A stretch of DNA of 64,000 nucleotides from Bdellovibrionales bacterium (GTDB taxonomy: Bacteria; Bdellovibrionota; Bdellovibrionia; Bdellovibrionales; JAMPXM01), in assembly GCA_016713885.1 (NCBI GenBank), contig JADJOF010000008.1:3221-67220 (forward strand), in the 5' to 3' direction. Shown piece after piece: positions 18,504 to 29,002 of the stretch. Under the pieces are notes generated by a model. It ran no database searches. It was given only the letters and a program-made list of their open reading frames with translations, and was not told where the DNA came from. The translations under genes were made by a program, and so were the position numbers. The stretch's first letter is position 1. Every line of letters starts with the position of its first letter.

Positions 18504-19511
18504 ATGCGAAAACTTTCGTTGCTTCCTACTCTGATCGTGACTCTGTTTTCGATCCAACCGTCTTTGGCCGACCAAGGCCGAACAGAATATCCTCAACAAC
18601 TGAAATCAATGGGCACGGTCGAACTTGGCGTCGAGCTCTCGAAGAACTTGGTCGCCTCTGGCTGGTATTGCGGCAGCGACTACGCCGGAAAAGTCTATGA
18701 TCATTTATTGAGTGGAGGCACTCTCGACACTCTTCAATTTGAAACTAAAAGTGCCGATTGCCGGAACGCTCTTATTAAAATGAGTTCGGCCATTGCCGAA
18801 ACCAACAGCCGCGTCGATCAAAAAGCAAAGCAAGCCGGCCTAAAGCGTCGCGAGTATCAATACAGCCAGTTTTCGTTTACCGCCCAAGTCAAAACGGACC
18901 AGCCAGCAACAGAGGTCGGAAATGCCGAATGCCTGGAGCTTGGACGCCCTTTATTGAAGAAGTTCTATGACAATCCGACCTATCCTCCTTTTGGCGCGTT
19001 TGGCGAACAATCGGGCGTTGCCTCTGATCGCTGCGAAATTGCTCGTGAGGTTGGAGGATCAGACCACTTATTGACATGCTCAAACTGGTTGATCGCGTCA
19101 GAATTCGATTCAGAAAACGGCGTTGCACTGTTGCCCAGCATGACTCAACACGTGTATCGAAAAGCAGAGCTCAAACAGATGGAAGATTCTCGAGCTGTCT
19201 TCAAGAAAGAAGCGAAGTCAAAATCGCCGAGTCTCGATATGAATCCAGAGCGTTTAAAAATGCAGCTCGACTACTTGAACTTAACGGTCAACGGCGGGTT
19301 CCAATATCAGGCTGTATTGACCATCGATTTAGCCAACAAAACTTCAAAAATGGAATTGATTGGGGAAATCCCAAAGCTGCGGCAGGCACAGCAAAACGGC
19401 CGCGTCTATACCAAGGACTCCCCGACCTCTTGCCGTTTCACGTCTCCTATGGATGCGAACATCAGTGAGGTCACAAGCGGCGGGATCTTTTTCAACCGAC
19501 GCATCGATTGA
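18504..19511 (+). CDS. Exported hypothetical protein (335 aa, several Cys)
   Basis: Signal-peptide-like N-terminus MRKLSLLPTLIVTLFSIQPSLA. No family recognised. Confidence 0.6.
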   Translation: MRKLSLLPTLIVTLFSIQPSLADQGRTEYPQQLKSMGTVELGVELSKNLVASGWYCGSDYAGKVYDHLLSGGTLDTLQFETKSADCRNALIKMSSAIAETNSRVDQKAKQAGLKRREYQYSQFSFTAQVKTDQPATEVGNAECLELGRPLLKKFYDNPTYPPFGAFGEQSGVASDRCEIAREVGGSDHLLTCSNWLIASEFDSENGVALLPSMTQHVYRKAELKQMEDSRAVFKKEAKSKSPSLDMNPERLKMQLDYLNLTVNGGFQYQAVLTIDLANKTSKMELIGEIPKLRQAQQNGRVYTKDSPTSCRFTSPMDANISEVTSGGIFFNRRID

Positions 19512-19517
19512 TACACA

Positions 19518-19551
19518 CCAGCTTCCGGCGCCGGAAGCTGAGGCGCGTTAG
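19518..19551. repeat. 34-bp repeat, copy 2 (direct orientation); probable bidirectional terminator hairpin
   Basis: Identical to 17533..17566. Lies between the convergent stops of ORF 18504..19511 and trpS. Confidence 0.9.
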
Positions 19552-19574
19552 ATGAATGCCGGACGCCCCGGGCC

Positions 19575-20639
19575 CTACCAAGTCCCCGCAAAGCCGGTCC
19601 ATTCGCGAACAGACTTCAGCGTTTCACCCGCCGCTTTGCGCGCTCGAGCGCAGCCGTCGCCGATGATGGCGTCAAGCTGATCGGGATTGGAGAGCAATTC
19701 CTTTTTTCTCTCGCGCGGCTCGGCCATCTTCGCATTGAGGTTGCCAGCTAACCGCATCTTGCAGTCTCCGCATCCAATACCAGCCGTACGACAGCCCGGC
19801 TCAACCCACGCAAGGTCATCACGCGATGAGAAAAGCTTATGATACGAATACACCGGGCATTTTGTGGGCTCACCGGGATCAGTCCGACGAACACGTGCCG
19901 GGTCCGTCGGCATCGCGCGAAGCGCCTTCACACCGTCATCAGGCTCTTCAGTCAGCTGAAACGCGTTGTTGTAAGACTTCGACATCTTGCTACCGTCGGC
20001 GCCCAAGAGCGTTGGCGTTTCGCTAAAGATCGGCTTTGGCTCAGGGAGATTTCCGCCATAGAGGAAGTTGAAACGACGAATGATCTCGCGCGAAAGCTCA
20101 AGATGAGCGATCTGATCGTGACCGATTGGCACGTGTGTTCCACGGTAAATCGCAATGTCAGCAGCCTGAAGCACCGGATACATAAACCGACCCAGGTTAT
20201 GCGTATCTGTCGCCTTGGCATCCTCTTCGGCATCTTTCCAAGTCGGTACGCGCTCAGCCCACGACATCGGCGTCAGCATCAAAAAGTACATATTGAGCTC
20301 AAGAAGCTCAGGCACTTCGCTCTGAACAAAGATCACGTTCTTCTCGTGATCAAGTCCCCACGCAATCCACTCAGCATAGATTTCGCGCGCAAAGCGTGCC
20401 ACGTCGTGCGGTTCTTTGTAGCGCGACGTCATCGCGTGCCAGTTCATCACGCCATAAATACCGCGATAGTCAGTCTGCAGATCAAGCCACTGCTTCAACG
20501 CGCCAAAATAGTTTCCGATGTGCAGATGATGCGTCGAGCGCATGCCACTCATAATGAGCGAGCCTGGCTTTGGCTTGGCCTCAGCATCGGCCTTTGCTTT
20601 TTCAACCTGTAAATCCGATGACGATTTTGAATCGGTCAT
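19575..20639 (-). CDS. trpS: Tryptophan--tRNA ligase
   Basis: Class I motifs HLHIGNYFG and KMSKS. TrpRS-specific YPVLQAADI. Confidence 0.9.
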   Translation of the reverse strand: MTDSKSSSDLQVEKAKADAEAKPKPGSLIMSGMRSTHHLHIGNYFGALKQWLDLQTDYRGIYGVMNWHAMTSRYKEPHDVARFAREIYAEWIAWGLDHEKNVIFVQSEVPELLELNMYFLMLTPMSWAERVPTWKDAEEDAKATDTHNLGRFMYPVLQAADIAIYRGTHVPIGHDQIAHLELSREIIRRFNFLYGGNLPEPKPIFSETPTLLGADGSKMSKSYNNAFQLTEEPDDGVKALRAMPTDPARVRRTDPGEPTKCPVYSYHKLFSSRDDLAWVEPGCRTAGIGCGDCKMRLAGNLNAKMAEPRERKKELLSNPDQLDAIIGDGCARARKAAGETLKSVREWTGFAGTW

Positions 20640-21358
20640 GACACCACTCCCAAGAGCTGAAGAATCGCCGACGCCCAGTTGGCAAAAAGATTCGCAACAA
20701 TGGCCGCGGGATACGCAAGCAAACGCCCCAGGCCACCCAAGAAAAGAACAAGGAGAATCATCGACAGCATGTGCTCGCGCTCTTCAAGCCAGCGCGCCGC
20801 TTTGTAAGGAAGAAACCGCGCCATGATCTTACCACCATCGAGCGGATGTACAGGAACGAGATTCAACACCGCGAGCATGCAGTTGAGTCCAATAAACTGA
20901 ATCGTAATCTGAGCAAGAAGATTTGATTTGTCAGAATCAAGTTCTGAGACCATCACGCCATTGACGATGAGCACATAGGCAAATGCGCCGAAAAACGCGA
21001 GAATCAAATTTGAAACCGGACCCGCGAGCGCAATTAAAAATGGCCCGTTCTTTTTATCTTTGAGCTCGCGCGGATCAAAAGGCACGGGCTTCGCCCAGCC
21101 AAAAATAAATCTCGATACCTCTCCTGGCAAAAGAACGGCGGCAATCGGCAGAACCACCGTTCCAATTGGATCCGCGTGCGCCAATGGATTCAGAGTCAAA
21201 CGCCCCATATGCTCAGCCGTACGATCGCCGCACTGCTTGGCCATCCAGGCGTGAGCAAACTCGTGAACACAAATCGAAAACAGAAACGGGATAAAAAAGA
21301 CCGCGACCTTAAATAGCATCCCGATCAAATCGTGTTCTGAACCCAAACGATCCCCCAA
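20636..21358 (-). CDS. Site-2 protease family (peptidase M50) membrane metalloprotease
   Basis: HEFAHAW and NLVPVHPLDGGK motifs in a multi-pass hydrophobic protein. Confidence 0.8.
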   Translation of the reverse strand: MGDRLGSEHDLIGMLFKVAVFFIPFLFSICVHEFAHAWMAKQCGDRTAEHMGRLTLNPLAHADPIGTVVLPIAAVLLPGEVSRFIFGWAKPVPFDPRELKDKKNGPFLIALAGPVSNLILAFFGAFAYVLIVNGVMVSELDSDKSNLLAQITIQFIGLNCMLAVLNLVPVHPLDGGKIMARFLPYKAARWLEEREHMLSMILLVLFLGGLGRLLAYPAAIVANLFANWASAILQLLGVVS

Positions 21359-21360
21359 AC

Positions 21361-24293
21361 CTACTTTTTCAAACGCGGTGTGATCTTCAAATCAACAGTT
21401 TTCCCGCCGCGAACCACCTGCAGCGGAACTTCAACATCGGCTCTTAACGCCTGCAAGCAGTACACGTAATCGTAAATGCTCTCGATTTTGATGCCACCAA
21501 GGCCAGTGATAACATCTCCCGCCTGGAGGCCGCCTGCTCGGCTGGCGAATCTTTGCTTGTACCCGAGATCATCACACCCTTGACGCCCTCACGCGCGTAA
21601 TCGGGGACTGTTCCCAGATAGAGCCTAAAAGATCGCGATTGCCCCGTTGGCGCAGCACCTTCGACCTTCTGCCACTTCGGCTGAACGGCCTTGCTTCCAA
21701 GAACCGCAGTCAACTGCTGAACCGTCTTCGCAACGGTCAAAAGCCCTGGGTAATTGAGAGTTTCATAGCGATCACGAGGACTGTGATACTCCGAGTGAGC
21801 TCCGGTGAAGAACGCCAGTGTCGGAATCTCTTTGAGGTAAAACGCAACCGCATCTGTCGGCAAATACGGGTCGTTCATCAAAGAAAGTGCCACACTCGAC
21901 TTCGAGGCCGCCGTCTCAGCCGCGAGCTTCTCAAGCAGAGGACGCCAGTCGGGACTCGATCCCACGGCCTGAACGCCAAGTGATTCACGCAAGCGACCCA
22001 CCATATCCATATTCAAGTACGCCGATGGTTTGACACCTTGATAGGTCGAAAGAAAATGTGCCGAACCCAGAATGCCGAGCTCTTCCGCTCCCCATACCGC
22101 ATAAATCACATCGCGATCCATCGGCATTTGGGCCTGTGCGATTTCAAGCAGTGCCGCAACACCTGACGCGTTGTCGTCTGCGCCATAGTGGATTTGCCCC
22201 TGCTCGTCTTTGCGTGCAAGCGATGCCGCAAGATCTCCTTTACCCAAGTGGTCGCCGTGCGCACCGATCACAAGCGGCGCAAGCTTGCTATTCTTGCCGG
22301 GCCGTTTTGCAATGACGTTGAAACCCATCGAGCGCTCTTGCACGAGATCGATTTTTCCGCCAAGACTCACCTTCAATTCCTCAACAGCCGATCCGTTCGA
22401 CGTCTCGCCTTTGTTGAGAGTTGAAAGACGCGATTCAAGAGACTTTACGCCAGCAAATAGGCGCTTTGCCAAAGCTGGCGAAACTTGAATCACCGGAATC
22501 CCAACTTCGCTCGCCCCTTCAAACTTCAGCTTCGGCAAATCTCCATTCGAAGCCGGATCGACTAAAATCAAACCGACTGCACCCTTTTGTTTTGCAATCA
22601 GCGCCTTATGCTGCGGCCTGGAGAAGAGGTTCAACTGAAAGCGAACTTCATTTGAAACATCTTGCGGCAGATCCTGAATCGCCACGACCCACTTGCCATC
22701 GACACGCGCTCCCTCGTAGGAGTCAAATGTCGGAAGCTTATCCGTCGCCTGTGCGACGATACCAAATCCAGCAAATACCGCCGGCGCTTCACCAACGTCG
22801 CCCGAGCGAGAAAGCGAAACCGGCATCCAGTCCTTTTCAACCGTAATCTCTTTTGCCTGGCCCGCCTCACGGAGCCGCATGCGATTGAGAGGTCCAAGCT
22901 TCACACCTGAGGCGAACTCAAAAGGCTGAACAAAGCCTGCTTTATGCACAGGCTTTAAGCCAAGGCCCACAAAATACTTCCCAATGGCTTCGGTGTAGAC
23001 TCGCTCTTCCGGTGTACCCGACCTGCGCCCCTTAAAACCTTCCGACGCAAGATACGAAACCCAAGCTTTCAAATCGCGTTCAGAGAGCTCAGGCTTCAAC
23101 GCCCGTTGCCCTTCAGCCAAGTTCGGCGCAAGGCGTGAAAGACCAAGCTTTGAGCGAATCAGACCATCATCCCAGTCCGCGACATAAATCTGTGCTTCGC
23201 CCTTTTCATCGCGACGAGTCCACGCCATCTGTTCACCATTCGGGAGAAACACCGGCAGACCATCAAACCCATCGAGGAAAGAAACGCGAATCGGCTCATT
23301 CTTTCCTTCAACATCGATCACAAAGAGCTCAAAGTTTGTATAGCCAAGTTTGTTGCTTGTAAAAATCAAGTAGTCGCCCGACGGATGAAAGAACGGCGCC
23401 CAGCTCATCGCTTTCCACGACGTCAGCTGTTTCTCTTTTCCAGCTGTGCCATCGGCTTTCAAATCCATCACCATGATCTCGGCATACTGACCATTTTTTG
23501 AAAAACGGCGCCATGTGACCTTCTTGCCGTCCGGCGAAAAGAACGGACCACCGTCGTAGCCGCGCTCATTCGTCAAACGACGAACATCTGTGCCATCCGC
23601 GTTCATGAGATACAAATCCATCATGTACGACGGATCTTGTGCGAAGATTTTCTTCTCATCATCGGTCAGCGTTTCCGTATAGCCAGAACGATTCGAGGCA
23701 AAGGCGATCCACTTGCCGTCTGGCGAGTAAGACGCCTCGGCATCATAGCCTTTCTCCTTGGTCAACTGACGGAGCTCTTTTGCCTGTACCGCCTTGCCCG
23801 TCTTGAGAGCCGCCGTCAGTGGTGCCTCGAAAATATCGAACTCATCATCAAAGCTCCAAGAGTACTTGCCCTTCACCGGATTCTTGCGCTCGTCGAATTC
23901 TTTTTTCACCTTCTCCGCAACCTGTGGATCGAGGTGCGAACTTGAGAAGAGAGCCTTCTTGTCAGACGGATGAACCCACGCGCACGTTGTCTTTCCTTGA
24001 CCCGGCGAAAGGCGAACCGAGCGGCCCGTTTTTCGATCGAGGACATAGATCTGATAAAATGGATTTCCAGTTTCGCGTTCGCTTTGAAAGATCATCAGCG
24101 AGCCATCGCGATTGAAGTAACCTTCACCTGCCCGCGGCCCCGTAAAGGTCATCTGGGTCATATTGGTCAGAAATGGCTGAGCCTGCTGCTGCTCAACAGA
24201 AGGTTTCGCATCAGTTCCTGCCGGCACTCCGTGAGCCGCCGCGATTGAACCCGTCGCTAAAAAGACCGCCAAAATGATTGTTGCTTTAAACAT
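21361..24293 (-). pseudogene. Exported TolB-like beta-propeller / M28 aminopeptidase / PDZ protein, one frameshift before the PDZ domain
   Basis: ORF 21444..24293 has a signal peptide, TolB-like repeats, and M28 motifs (GAHGDHLGKG, GADDNASGVAALLE). The C-terminal PDZ (GLQAGDVITGLGGIKIESIYDYV...VVRGGKTVDLKITPRLKK, TAG at 21361) continues in another frame. The junction is at about 21529-21533. Confidence 0.7.
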
Positions 24294-24314
24294 CGCTTCC
24301 TCTTTGATTGCTTT

Positions 24315-25097
24315 TCAAAAAAACGCTTTCAATCCAACGTCGACGCCTTCGCGAATTCTCTTCGTACCGGCTCGCTCACGTGTTTCGCGCGACCACTGAC
24401 CAAAAACCCGAAGGAGACTGAAGTCAATGAATGCGCCGCCTTCAACAAGCGAACCCGAGATTTCAATATCGCGATTCGACTTTTCAGCAAGGTGCCACTG
24501 GTACTGACCCTCAATTCCAAAAACCTTATTGATGTAAATCGTCAACCCGACACGCGGCGCTGGCGATTGGACGTGCTCGCCCGTCGTGTCTTCACGAAAA
24601 CGAGTCCCATAAGCCGCTGTCAAGTTTGTGTTTTGAAGCGCATCTCCGAGCAGACGAACCGCAAATGCAGCATCCCAGCCGTAACTATCGCCGTCCGTAT
24701 CGGTGTACCCACCCTCAAGACCGACAAATGTCGCATACGCCGCGGCTTGAGCGGCGATCTGCCGAGGGCGAATGGCCGACTCGACATCGCTCACCGTGTC
24801 GGTGCGAAGTCCCGAGCGACCACCGATCATAAACTGATAAAGATCATCTTTACGGTTCTCCGCAAGCCACATGTCCTGAATCCGTGTCTTGCGCTGAGTT
24901 TCAAACCAATCCGCTATCGTCCAGCGATTTTGGTAGCGATCATCGGCTGTTTTGCTGATCCCCTGACCAAGGTTGGCCAAGAAGGCACTTCGCCCACCAG
25001 AGTCCGCGAAAACCTCCGCGCTTAAGGTCGCGGAGAAAAAAAAGAACAACATTGTCGTCAGAAGCGAGCTTTTATGGCGACGACTTGGATGAGCCAT
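24315..25097 (-). CDS. Putative outer-membrane beta-barrel protein
   Basis: Signal-like N-terminus, alternating-polarity sequence, and a C-terminal aromatic residue (..GLKAFF). Confidence 0.45.
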   Translation of the reverse strand: MAHPSRRHKSSLLTTMLFFFFSATLSAEVFADSGGRSAFLANLGQGISKTADDRYQNRWTIADWFETQRKTRIQDMWLAENRKDDLYQFMIGGRSGLRTDTVSDVESAIRPRQIAAQAAAYATFVGLEGGYTDTDGDSYGWDAAFAVRLLGDALQNTNLTAAYGTRFREDTTGEHVQSPAPRVGLTIYINKVFGIEGQYQWHLAEKSNRDIEISGSLVEGGAFIDFSLLRVFGQWSRETRERAGTKRIREGVDVGLKAFF

Positions 25098-25537
25098 TAG
25101 CCGCGTGCCTCGCGGTCCGCGACAATTTTCTTAATTGAGTCGACGATTTCTGGAATGCTCGACCCCGGCCCAAAAACAGCGGCAACACCCTGCTTCAATA
25201 GCGTCGCCGCGTCATCGGGCGGGATAATCCCACCGACAAAAATCGGAGTGCTTATTTTTCGCTCGATCATTTTCTCTTGAACTGCCGAAACCAGAGGCAA
25301 ATGAGCACCGGACAGGATAGAAAGTCCCACGATATCGACGTCCTCTTGTAAAGCCGCCGTTACAACCATATCGGGCGTCTGATGCAGGCCCGTATAGATC
25401 ACCTCAAAACCGGAGTCGCGAAGACCTCGAGCCACGACTTTGGCGCCGCGATCGTGCCCATCGAGACCTGGCTTTGCGACCAGAACGCGGATGGGCGAGG
25501 TCGAAGACGAACTGGATGATGTCGCTGAATTTCCCAT
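25097..25537 (-). CDS. Stand-alone cobalamin (B12)-binding domain protein (methylmalonyl-CoA mutase C-terminal-domain type)
   Basis: IRVLVAKPGLDGHDRGAKVVARGLRDSGFEVIYTGLHQTP contains the DxHxxG signature. I preferred the ATG at 25537 over the long ORF start. Confidence 0.8.
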   Translation of the reverse strand: MGNSATSSSSSSTSPIRVLVAKPGLDGHDRGAKVVARGLRDSGFEVIYTGLHQTPDMVVTAALQEDVDIVGLSILSGAHLPLVSAVQEKMIERKISTPIFVGGIIPPDDAATLLKQGVAAVFGPGSSIPEIVDSIKKIVADREARG

Positions 25538-25634
25538 ACGTGCTTCCTGTGCTTTGTTCCTGTTGTTGCTCGAGAGGTTACTACCATGTAGAACGTGATC
25601 GCAACCACTCTCACACTGATAATGAGGAGCGTTT

Positions 25635-26801
25635 ATGGCGACCGAAAATGCACACCCAGCACTGACGACAATGAGCGAAGACGAAGCAGCATTTCGCGAC
25701 GCTGTGCGTGCGTTCGCCGAAGGCGAAATCAAACCCCTCGTCTCCAAAATGGATGAACACGCTCAATTGGAGCCTTCACTCCTGCCAAAACTCTTCGAAA
25801 TGGGTCTGATGGGCGTTGAATCGCCAGAAAAATTTGGCGGCTCGGGCGGAACCTTTATGATGGCGTGCCTTGCCGTTGAAGAGATCGCACGCGTCGACGG
25901 ATCGGTTTCGGTTCTGGTCGACGTGCAAAACACGCTCGTCACCAATGCGTTCATCCGCTGGGGATCAGAGGTGATCAAAGCGAAGTATTTGCCAAAACTC
26001 GCGCGCGAGTGGGTTGGCGCCTACTGTCTCTCTGAGAGCACCTCGGGCTCTGATGCATTTGCGCTGAAGCTCCGTGCTGAAGACAAAGGCGACAAATGGG
26101 TTCTCAACGGATCCAAACTCTGGATCACCAACGGCAAAGAAGCCTCCGCTTTTATCGTCTTCGCCAACATCAACCCGGCCGCTGGATACAAGGGCATCAC
26201 CGCCTTCATCGTTGAAAAAGGATTTAAAGGTTTCACCGTCGGCAAGAAAGAAGACAAACTCGGCATCCGCGCATCGTCGACTTGCGAACTGCTCTTTGAA
26301 AACTGCGAAGTTCCAAAGGACAACATCCTCGGCGAAGTCGGCAAAGGCTATAAGATCGCAATTGAAACTTTAAACGAAGGCCGTATAGGCATCGGCGCGC
26401 AGATGATCGGCATCGCGCAAGGCGCCTATGAAGCGACCCGCAGCTACATCCAAACACGCGAGCAGTTTGGAAAGTCGATTGCGACAAACCAAGGCGTTCA
26501 GTTCCAATTGGCCGAGATGCGCGTGAGCCTCGAAGCTGCACGCCTCATGGTTTACAACGCCGCTCGCCTGAAAGACGCAGGCCAACCCTTTATCGAAGAG
26601 GCGGCTATGGCCAAGCTCTTTGCATCGCGTGCGGCCGAGAAGATCACATCACTTGCGATTGATCTCTTTGGCGGCAACGGCTTTACAAAAGAGTACCCCG
26701 TTGAAAAGTTCTGGCGCGATGCCAAGATCGGACAGATCTACGAGGGCACCTCAAACATGCAGCTGCAGACCATCGCCAAGATGGAGCTCTCAGGTTCGTA
26801 G
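25635..26801 (+). CDS. Acyl-CoA dehydrogenase (short/branched-chain type)
   Basis: 388 aa. CLSESTSGSDA, WITNG and a C-terminal QIYEGTSNMQ are typical ACAD motifs. Confidence 0.85.
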   Translation: MATENAHPALTTMSEDEAAFRDAVRAFAEGEIKPLVSKMDEHAQLEPSLLPKLFEMGLMGVESPEKFGGSGGTFMMACLAVEEIARVDGSVSVLVDVQNTLVTNAFIRWGSEVIKAKYLPKLAREWVGAYCLSESTSGSDAFALKLRAEDKGDKWVLNGSKLWITNGKEASAFIVFANINPAAGYKGITAFIVEKGFKGFTVGKKEDKLGIRASSTCELLFENCEVPKDNILGEVGKGYKIAIETLNEGRIGIGAQMIGIAQGAYEATRSYIQTREQFGKSIATNQGVQFQLAEMRVSLEAARLMVYNAARLKDAGQPFIEEAAMAKLFASRAAEKITSLAIDLFGGNGFTKEYPVEKFWRDAKIGQIYEGTSNMQLQTIAKMELSGS

Positions 26802-27711
26802 TCGCCCGCGCGCCTTCATGCGACCAATCAAATTGGCGTAAAAGTCATCAATGGCTCTCTCTCGAATGAGGAGAGGGAGCCAAACGGGAACCAGCATCCA
26901 ATAGGCAAAAAAACTGATGCCCAAGGCCAGCCGCACCACCGTCTGAAAAAATAGCGAGAGAGCCAAAAACGGAAGCGTCAGCCGACGAATAAATATCAAC
27001 GGATACAAGAGCTCGAAACTAAAGACGATTGCGCCGCCAACTAAAGTTACTTCGCCGTGCTTCATCAGCCAGAGTATGAGCGACTCCGTCCCACTTCCCT
27101 CGATTTGCGGTCCTCGCGTGACATAGGTTGGAAAAGATACTCGCGAAAGAAGTCGTCGTAGGCCCAAGCAAAGCCCGATTGTCGTAATTTACCGAGACCG
27201 CTTGCCCAAAAATGAAAACCCAGTGCATTTGAAAGAACGAGTGGCCAACGATAGTCGCGGCTCCGCTCAGGAAGCTTCAACCGGAATCAAAAGAGAGTGC
27301 TGCCGACATCGGCGCCAAACACGCAATCAGCTGAGCTTGAATCAAAATTGTGTCCACACGAAAGGCGTTGCCGGAGGACGAGATGAACCCAAAGAGAAGG
27401 GCCGAACTCACAAGTGCGACAATGGATGTCCACCGAAACTTCCAGCCGACCAACGCCAGTAAAGTGCTCGTCTTAAACAGCCAGTCCAGTATCTCCCGCC
27501 CAAACGGCCCTTCAAAGAGCCACCGGAGTCCACCCGGAAACAAACCGAGAGGCCGCCACGTCATCGGCGAGGCGCCGGCAGCGAACTGCGAAAAGTCTCC
27601 AATGAATACGCCGTAGAAAATGAGAACTCCCAGGTACAACGCTATTCTCGTCAAGCCGAGCGACAGCGCCGAAGATGGTGAAAAAAAACATTCCCGAAAA
27701 AAAGGACGCAT
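26790..27711 (-). pseudogene. HTTM-like membrane protein paralog, split over three frames
   Basis: ORFs 27277..27711, 27065..27280 and 26790..27167 together parallel the neighbour 28151..29002. For example, LSNALGFHFWASGLGKLRQSGFAW corresponds to VFVFVASGLQKVWLSGAEW. Junctions are at about 27278 and about 27130. Confidence 0.55.
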
Positions 27712-28154
27712 CAGAGTTCCTCTTCGGAGATAAGAGCTTTTTTGGTGAAGTGCTGATCACTATAGGGGCGAGGCCCAGGCGCATATTGAATACGGTAAAC
27801 GCGCAGCGCTTTGTAGAGCGAAAGATTCGATAGTCCCATCTTTCGCCGACGTCGAGTGCGTTCTGCTAGCTTGGCCATCACCTGCCTTGCGTCCTGCTCT
27901 CGCCCTTCTCGAACCAGATTGTCGATGGTGAACGCAAGGCGCACAAGGCCGTAAGGCGACACATACGAATCATTCGTAACGAGCTCCTCTTTCCCGTCAG
28001 GCCGCACACCTATAATTCGAACCCATTGAAAAGGCTCTGGTGGACGAACAAAGAGTGGGAAATGACTATAGGGCCAGTATTCGCGATCCATCACAAAACA
28101 CACTAGAAGCGGAACAAAAAGCACCACGACGACGATAACGAATCGAAGTTTCAT
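27711..28154 (-). CDS. Small single-pass membrane protein (partner of the HTTM-like gene), copy 2
   Basis: N-terminal transmembrane segment, then YWPYSHFPLF. Compare FYPFLPYSMF in 28995..29402. Coupled to both neighbours. Confidence 0.5.
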   Translation of the reverse strand: MKLRFVIVVVVLFVPLLVCFVMDREYWPYSHFPLFVRPPEPFQWVRIIGVRPDGKEELVTNDSYVSPYGLVRLAFTIDNLVREGREQDARQVMAKLAERTRRRRKMGLSNLSLYKALRVYRIQYAPGPRPYSDQHFTKKALISEEEL

Positions 28155-29002
28155 GTCCCCACCGCCTCATCGCGATCAAATGCTCCAAGCCAAAATACAA
28201 ACAGCACGTAGATTCCATTAAAGGGCACAAAGAGCGTAAATCTGAACAGGACAACCATCAGAAGCAATAAGAAGAGCGCCCCCGCCCGCACCCGCTTCAC
28301 GTAGAGAAAAAATGGAAGCAGCAATTCGGCAACAACGACACCACCGCCCAAAAACACAATGAGCAAGTCCGGAAGGCCCGCCAACATCTGGTTAAATCCA
28401 AGTTGGAACGCGCTTGGCTCGGTGTGAGCATAGGCCAACTGCGCCCAAAGCAGGTGATGCTTAAGAGCGTCACCGCCGAGCCACTCAGCACCCGAGAGCC
28501 ATACCTTCTGCAAACCTGATGCAACAAACACGAAGACAAACAGAGCTCGCTGCAGGTGGATGGTCCACAGATCGACGAACCGCTCTTTCTGCGATGACCA
28601 CGGCATCAGTGCACATAGAAAAAGCGACACAATCATTGGAGCCTCGGGATGCCTCAAGCCGCGCGCAGCAACAGTCAGCGAGAAGCAAAACAGCGAGAAA
28701 ACCGCTGCCACTGCAAACGCCAAACGAGGTTTATAGCCAACCGCCGCCACCAATAGAGCCAACACCACGAGCGCCACCGAATACGGCTGGAGCTGAAAGA
28801 GCACCTCTCGCCCCCAGCTGCGACCGACAAAATCAAAAATAGGTGCCATAAGCCCATTCGGATTCCACTGCGAATCCGACACTTTCGTGACAACCTCATA
28901 GGCATCGAGAAAGCTGAGCGCAGTGATCAGTGAATAAACTTGCCGTAGTCGCACCGCGCGCTCTTGCGTAATTCGAAACGACAATGTGCCCAGTCTATTC
29001 AT
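28151..29002 (-). CDS. HTTM-like integral membrane protein
   Basis: Multi-pass hydrophobic 283-aa ORF. ASGLQKVWLSGAEWLGGDALKHHLL resembles the conserved HTTM Lys loop. Confidence 0.5.
   Translation of the reverse strand: MNRLGTLSFRITQERAVRLRQVYSLITALSFLDAYEVVTKVSDSQWNPNGLMAPIFDFVGRSWGREVLFQLQPYSVALVVLALLVAAVGYKPRLAFAVAAVFSLFCFSLTVAARGLRHPEAPMIVSLFLCALMPWSSQKERFVDLWTIHLQRALFVFVFVASGLQKVWLSGAEWLGGDALKHHLLWAQLAYAHTEPSAFQLGFNQMLAGLPDLLIVFLGGGVVVAELLLPFFLYVKRVRAGALFLLLLMVVLFRFTLFVPFNGIYVLFVFWLGAFDRDEAVGT

Noticed and set aside
25538-25747. Long N-terminal extensions of several listed ORFs. Examples: 25097..25747, 10905..11900, 37694..38578, 38531..39139, 16338..17471, 43415..44686, 42858..43520.
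   Set aside because: In each case an internal start gives a protein beginning at the conserved domain, often with an RBS or an overlap with the upstream stop. The extensions have non-coding-like composition.
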